Below, piece by piece: positions 59,379 through 64,000 of a stretch of 64,000 nucleotides of DNA. The notes beneath the pieces are model-generated. The model was not told where the DNA came from, did not search any database, and worked only from the letters and a program-made list of their open reading frames with translations. The first letter of the stretch is position 1. Every line of letters begins with the position of its first letter. The stretch is taken from positions 5,479-69,478 of the forward strand of contig CAZMDD010000046.1 of NCBI GenBank assembly GCA_964565065.1, in the 5' to 3' direction. The stretch is from an uncultured Caldilineales bacterium. Its GTDB lineage: Bacteria; Chloroflexota; Anaerolineae; J102. Position numbers and translations under genes: made by a program.

Positions 59379-60290
59379 ATGAAACCTTTTAAAACTTTTA
59401 TCGCCACACTTTCAGTTGGGGCATTGACACTCATCCTGGCAGCCTGCGGAACGCCCGTTTCGGCTGACGATGTTACATCGATGGTCAATTCGGCGCCCGT
59501 TGCACAACCTACGGTTAAGGCCAATGTCAGCAATACGCCGGCAGCGTTGCCATCGGGCAGTGGTTATGGCCAGCAGGGCAATGGCCGCGGGGCCGCACAG
59601 CAGGCTCAGGGCGGGCAGTTGCCCTTGGGCACCAATCTGCCGGCAGCAGGAACGGTCGATGATCAGGAAATCGCCGACTTGCTGCAAATGCGTGAGGAAG
59701 AAAAACTGGCCCGGGATGTTTATATCACTCTGGGCGAACAGTGGAATCTTGCCGTTCATACCAACATTAGCCGCTCTGAGCAGCAACACATGGATGCCAT
59801 CGGTTTTTTGCTGGAACGCTACGGCATTGCCGATCCGGTGGGTGATAACCCGGTGGGGGTTTTTACCAATTCCGATTTGCAAGCGCTTTACGACCAGCTC
59901 GTAGCGCAAGGTCGTCAATCCATGGCAGAATCGCTGAAAGTGGGCGCGACGATCGAGGATGTTGATATTTATGACTTGCAGAAGGCGCTCGCGAACACCG
60001 ACAACGCAGATATTCAAGAGGTTTATCGCAGCTTGATGGCTGGTTCTGAGAATCACATGCGAGCCTTTGCGGGGACGCTGATTCAACAGACCGGCGAAAC
60101 CTATACACCACAATACATTGAGCAATCTACTTTTGATGCCATCATGGCAGCCAGCAATAGTCACGGTCATGGTGGCTATGGCCAGGGCCGCCAAGGTCAG
60201 GGGGGGCAGGGCCAGGGTGGCTATGGTCAGGGCAAAGGTGGACGTGGCGGTCAGCGCGGTCAATCCTATAATCTTGCTCCCAACAGCTAA
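59379..60290 (+). CDS. DUF2202 (ferritin-like superfamily) lipoprotein with a Gly/Gln-rich C-terminal tail
   Basis: It has a lipobox (LILAACG), a DUF2202 signature (LLQMREEEKLARDVYITL...SEQQHMDA) and a tail GHGGYGQGRQGQGGQGQGGYGQGKGGRGG. Its RBS is GGAGGA. Confidence 0.6.
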   Translation: MKPFKTFIATLSVGALTLILAACGTPVSADDVTSMVNSAPVAQPTVKANVSNTPAALPSGSGYGQQGNGRGAAQQAQGGQLPLGTNLPAAGTVDDQEIADLLQMREEEKLARDVYITLGEQWNLAVHTNISRSEQQHMDAIGFLLERYGIADPVGDNPVGVFTNSDLQALYDQLVAQGRQSMAESLKVGATIEDVDIYDLQKALANTDNADIQEVYRSLMAGSENHMRAFAGTLIQQTGETYTPQYIEQSTFDAIMAASNSHGHGGYGQGRQGQGGQGQGGYGQGKGGRGGQRGQSYNLAPNS

Positions 60291-60428
60291 CGCTCATCTT
60301 TTCATTCAGTATCACCCATGATCCATCGGGCCGGAAAGCTAATTTTCGACCCGATGGTTTTATCTGAACGAAGCCTCTCTTCCTTTTCTCCGGACCTTGA
60401 GGGCATAAGATTGGAAGGAGATTGTATT

Positions 60429-60571
60429 GGTTACTACTAAGGTCGCCCGGCTAGAAACCACGAAGACACGAAGCCACAAAGGCACGAAGAAAAGAAAAAG
60501 CTTTGAAATGCTTGATGTTCTTGGTGTCTTTGCGCCTTTGTGGTGATTGAAGTCGGGGACGTTAGTCGTTA
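60429..60571 (-). mobile_element. MITE copy 8 (inverted orientation) with a perfect 8-bp target-site duplication (TTGTATTG)
   Basis: GTTACTACTAAGG...GTTAGTCGTTAC. TTGTATTG sits at 60421-60428 and 60572-60579. Confidence 0.8.
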
Positions 60572-60596
60572 CTTGTATTGCACAAAGGAGCAAGCC

Positions 60597-61937
60597 ATGA
60601 CTCGAATGGATTCAAAACCTCAATCAAGAACATCGCCGACAGTTTCTCGACAGGTTGAGCGCAATCGCATGAAGGCGGTGATGAATAATAGCATCTTGCA
60701 TTTGCATCCCACCCGCGTGCCCGCCTCGGCCCTTGCTTTCACCTACACCTGGGGCTTGGGAGGTCTTTCGGCTCTGCTGGTGATGATTCTTGGCAGCACC
60801 GGCATCTTGCTCATGTTTCGCTACGATGCCAGCATCGAACGGGCCTATACCAGTATTCAGTATTTAGAAACCCAGGTGATGTTCGGTTCGATGCTGCGTT
60901 CGGCGCATCATTGGTCTGGCAATCTTCTTGTTATCACTGTCTTTTTGCACATGCTGCGGGTGTTTCTGACAGGTAGCTATAAAAAGGGACGCACCACTAA
61001 TTGGATTGTCGGTATTTTGTTGCTGCTTATGGTCATTGGCTTTAATTTTACAGGTTATCTGCTGCCATGGGATCAACTGGCTTATTGGGCTGTTACGGTG
61101 GCCACCAGTTTGCTGGGATATGTTCCTGTGCTGGGGCGTATGATCAGTAATTTTTTGCTGGGCGGGCCAGAGGTTGGGCAGGCGACGTTGCGTAATTTTT
61201 ATGCCATTCACGTTTCGGTGTTGCCTGCAGTGCTGTTGTTTTTGATGGCGTATCATTTTTGGCGTATTCGCAAGGATGGTGATATTTCGCAGCCCGAGCG
61301 TGTTGATAAAACGCCCAAACTTACAACAATCCCTTATCTGGTGCAGATGGAGCTGGCCGCGGCGGTCATTCTTGTTGCGGTGGTTTGTTTTTGGGCGATG
61401 GCTGTGCCCGCACCTTTGGAGGCGCTTGCTAATCCGGCACATCCGCCCAACCCGGCCAAGGCTGCCTGGTATTTTTTGGGATTGCAGGAGCTTTTGTTGC
61501 ATATGCACCCGCTGGCTGCGCTTATGCTGCCTACTTTTATTCTGTTGGCTCTGGCGTCGATTCCTTTTTGGGATAACCAGTCGGACAGTGATATTGGCTT
61601 GTATTTTCGCTCGGAGGTGGGGAAGCAGGTTGCAGGCCTTGCGGTGTTGCTAGGGCTTTTGTTGCCTCCGATTCTGGTCTTGTTGGATGAGTTTTGGATT
61701 GATTTGCCCGCCTGGTTGCCCATGTTGTCTACCATCATCTCTAACGGGATTATTCCGGTACTGTTTACGCTGGGAGGACTGGCGCTCATTTATGTGGTTT
61801 TTCGTCGTCGGTATAAGGCCAATCGCAGCGAGGCAACGTTGGGATTGTTTCTCTTTTTGTTCATCAGCCTTGTTGTCCTTACGTTCACCGGGATATATTT
61901 TCGTGGCCCCAATATGGCTTTGATTTGGCCATTTTAA
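60597..61937 (+). CDS. Cytochrome b of a cytochrome bc-type complex (fused b6 / subunit IV-like)
   Basis: It has heme-ligand His in HHWSGNLLVITVFLHMLRVF, the PWDQ quinol-site motif (GYLLPWDQLAYWA) and 8 or more TM helices. The start is the ATG at 60597 after AAAGGAG. Confidence 0.85.
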   Translation: MTRMDSKPQSRTSPTVSRQVERNRMKAVMNNSILHLHPTRVPASALAFTYTWGLGGLSALLVMILGSTGILLMFRYDASIERAYTSIQYLETQVMFGSMLRSAHHWSGNLLVITVFLHMLRVFLTGSYKKGRTTNWIVGILLLLMVIGFNFTGYLLPWDQLAYWAVTVATSLLGYVPVLGRMISNFLLGGPEVGQATLRNFYAIHVSVLPAVLLFLMAYHFWRIRKDGDISQPERVDKTPKLTTIPYLVQMELAAAVILVAVVCFWAMAVPAPLEALANPAHPPNPAKAAWYFLGLQELLLHMHPLAALMLPTFILLALASIPFWDNQSDSDIGLYFRSEVGKQVAGLAVLLGLLLPPILVLLDEFWIDLPAWLPMLSTIISNGIIPVLFTLGGLALIYVVFRRRYKANRSEATLGLFLFLFISLVVLTFTGIYFRGPNMALIWPF

Positions 61938-61957
61938 TCATTGCCTGGAGTTTTATC

Positions 61958-62465
61958 AATGTCGCAATTTATGATTCAGGATTCTTCGAATAGCGCTAAA
62001 ATGAGTCGTCGTAATTTTCTCAAACTAGGAGCTGCTGCTCTAGGAGCATTGGCTGTGCTCGAGATAACTGCGGCCGGGGTGGTTTTTCTGGAGCCACGCA
62101 GTCTGGAGGGTGAATTCGGTGGTGTGGTCACTGCGGGCCCGACCGAAAGTTTTCCTCCTGCCAGCATTACCGAGTTTCCGGCAGGGCGGTTCTTTCTTAT
62201 CCGGGCTGAAGATGGCGGTTTTTTGGCGGTTTACCGGCGTTGTACCCATCTGGGATGTTCGGTGAGCTGGGAGCCGAGTCAGAATCAGTTTGTATGTCCT
62301 TGTCACGGTTCTCACTTTGATGATGTTGGCAATGTGGTCAATCCTCCAGCTCCGCGGGCGCTGGATACGTTCAATATCACTATCGCTGAAGGTGTGGTTC
62401 GTGTCGACACAGCCAAACCCCGCACGCGAGATGAGTTTGAAGCTTCTCAATTAGTTTACGCATAA
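61958..62465 (+). CDS. Rieske [2Fe-2S] iron-sulfur protein with a twin-arginine signal
   Basis: It has a Tat motif (SRRNFLKLGAAALGA) and Rieske boxes CTHLGC and CPCHGS. Confidence 0.8.
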
Positions 62466-62474
62466 GGAATCATC

Positions 62475-63947
62475 ATGGACAAAAAGTATCTTTTAATGAT
62501 TTTTGTCGGCTTGCTGTTTTTGGTGGTGGCATTGCCTGTCTATGCTTTGCATGAGCCTGAGCGCATGGCCGCGGCCCAGCAGTCATTGCGCGAGACCTTT
62601 GTTGCAGATGGTGCGGTCATGTATGTTGATAATTGTTCGCTGTGTCATGGTGTGGATGGTTCGGGCATTGGGGCTTATCCTGCGTTGGATGCCGAGGCGA
62701 TTCGCAATGCTGAGTATGATTTTTTGTATAAAACGATTGCCCGCGGGCGCTATAATACAGCCATGGCCGCTTGGCACGAGGAGGATAACGGGCCATTCAA
62801 CAGCTATCAGGTGCAAGAGATGGTGGCCTTTTTGCGCTATGTGGATTGGGGGCAGGTGGCAGAGTTGGCTGCTCAGCAGGGGGTGATTCCACCAGCCATG
62901 CCTGTGCCCGATGTGCCCGAGGCTTTATTGGCGCAAGTGGCCGCGCTCGGGCCCGATGGCAATGTCTGGGCCAGCGGCATGGTTACCTATGCCAAAAATT
63001 GCACCACTTGTCATGGTGTCAATGGCGAGGGCACTGATTTGGCGCCACCCTTGGCAACTGATGCCATTCGGGCAACCCAGGCCGGGGAACTGCGCCGCGT
63101 TATCAGCGAGGGTGTGCCTGGAACGATGATGCCTTCCTGGAATGCCAAGTTGGATGAAAGTGCCATCGATGAGCTGGTCTTGTTCATCAGTAATTGGGAT
63201 AAAATTGCCGAGGCAGGCATCGAATTGACGCATCCTGCCCCCATTCATATCGATCCCCGTAATCCCCAAGAGATGTGGGCGTTGGGTAAGAGTCTTTATG
63301 CCAATGCCTGCGCTGCCTGTCATGGCACCGAAGGCGAAGGTGGAAGCGGTCCTGCTCTGAATAGCTTGCAAATTCTCAGCCGCCATGATGATGCCACCCT
63401 GGCCCAAACAATCATCTACGGCCCGCGCCGTCCTTCCAGCATCATGCCCCCCTTTGGCGACCGTTTGACTTCGGTAGAAGTAGATGCACTGGTGCGGTTT
63501 GTGCGTTCGTGGGAAGCCACAGCTACCTGGGTCGAGAATCCGCGCGGCACTGAACAAGGTGGTGGCGGGCCTCCCTGGCTGCGAGCCACGCCCGACCCCA
63601 AAAATCCCATTCAGCCTGGTGAAGGTGGTGGCCCGCCCGCGGGTATGGGCCCCGAAGCAGATTGGCAACGTCCCACAGGTCCCACCCTGCACTTCAGCGG
63701 ACAGGTTATCGATGTGATGGAAAATCAACTTGTTTTCAGTGACCGGCAGGGCACAAAGCACAAAGCCATGCTGGGCCCATCCTGGTGGTGGGCCGAAAAC
63801 GGCATCGAGTTGCAAGTAGGTGATGCCATCGAGCTGGAAGGATTTGAGGGCGTTGACCAGATGGAAGTCGTCTGGATCAGAAATTTGCGCACCAACGCCC
63901 GCATCGACCTGCGCACGCCCAGCGGCATGCCCGTGTGGACAGGTTAG
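62475..63947 (+). CDS. Membrane-anchored c-type cytochrome with three class-I heme-binding domains plus a C-terminal non-heme domain
   Basis: It has three CxxCH sites (CSLCHG, CTTCHG, CAACHG), each followed by a Met-containing segment, and an N-terminal TM anchor. Confidence 0.8.
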   Translation: MDKKYLLMIFVGLLFLVVALPVYALHEPERMAAAQQSLRETFVADGAVMYVDNCSLCHGVDGSGIGAYPALDAEAIRNAEYDFLYKTIARGRYNTAMAAWHEEDNGPFNSYQVQEMVAFLRYVDWGQVAELAAQQGVIPPAMPVPDVPEALLAQVAALGPDGNVWASGMVTYAKNCTTCHGVNGEGTDLAPPLATDAIRATQAGELRRVISEGVPGTMMPSWNAKLDESAIDELVLFISNWDKIAEAGIELTHPAPIHIDPRNPQEMWALGKSLYANACAACHGTEGEGGSGPALNSLQILSRHDDATLAQTIIYGPRRPSSIMPPFGDRLTSVEVDALVRFVRSWEATATWVENPRGTEQGGGGPPWLRATPDPKNPIQPGEGGGPPAGMGPEADWQRPTGPTLHFSGQVIDVMENQLVFSDRQGTKHKAMLGPSWWWAENGIELQVGDAIELEGFEGVDQMEVVWIRNLRTNARIDLRTPSGMPVWTG

Positions 63948-64000
63948 TCTCGTCAACTCCTCATCCACGAGGCATGTTGGCGTGTTGTATCGCTCAACCT

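Noticed and set aside
1-64000. Search for CRISPR arrays, rRNA genes, tRNA genes, integrase or transposase genes and toxin-antitoxin pairs
   Set aside because: I found no regularly spaced short direct repeats with unique spacers, no rRNA-like conserved blocks, no convincing cloverleaf candidates in the spacers I inspected, and no recombinase or transposase ORF. A tRNA call would need tRNAscan-SE to be definitive.

Overview
This is a high-GC (about 58-60%) bacterial chromosomal segment carrying roughly 55 protein-coding genes, most of them housekeeping. The many Pro/Thr-rich (PTPTPTP) linkers in secreted and membrane proteins, the leaderless-looking starts and the gene content suggest a Chloroflexota-like (Anaerolineae/Caldilineae-type) genome, but that is only an inference. 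I recognised the following genes and clusters: ctaB and ctaA (heme O and heme A synthases), an adjacent pair of flavin-dependent thymidylate synthase (thyX) genes, aspS, avtA, one long minus-strand operon of SAM-methyltransferase, cdaA, cdaR, der, an M28 peptidase and hflX, a proB-proA-HEAT-repeat protein operon, pdp, thiolase, recJ, galE, rimO, a RodZ-like gene, ugd, an M16 peptidase pair, acpS, and a cytochrome b / Rieske / three-domain cytochrome c operon. The remaining annotated genes are secreted proteases, M14 and M23 peptidases, glycosyltransferase-like membrane proteins and hypothetical proteins. I found no rRNA, tRNA or CRISPR array. The most striking non-genic signal is a previously unclassified family of miniature inverted-repeat transposable elements (MITEs), about 143 bp long, with 11-bp terminal inverted repeats (GTAACGACTAA...TTAGTCGTAAC), an internal imperfect palindrome and clean 8-bp AT-rich target-site duplications. 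Six full copies and two partial copies lie in intergenic spacers across the window. Their interiors create a recurring artefactual peptide (PLWLRVFVVSSRATLVVT) in the six-frame track. Other items worth a second look are a pair of thyX genes (a degenerate thyX paralog beside an intact one), tandem duplicated secreted trypsin-like proteases with a GQSGG serine motif, a cluster of three paralogous GT-C-like membrane proteins whose C-terminal domain recurs in a distant GT39-like gene, a five-fold TTCTCC array at 11-bp spacing upstream of a DUF2202 lipoprotein gene, and a long hairpin in the recJ leader.
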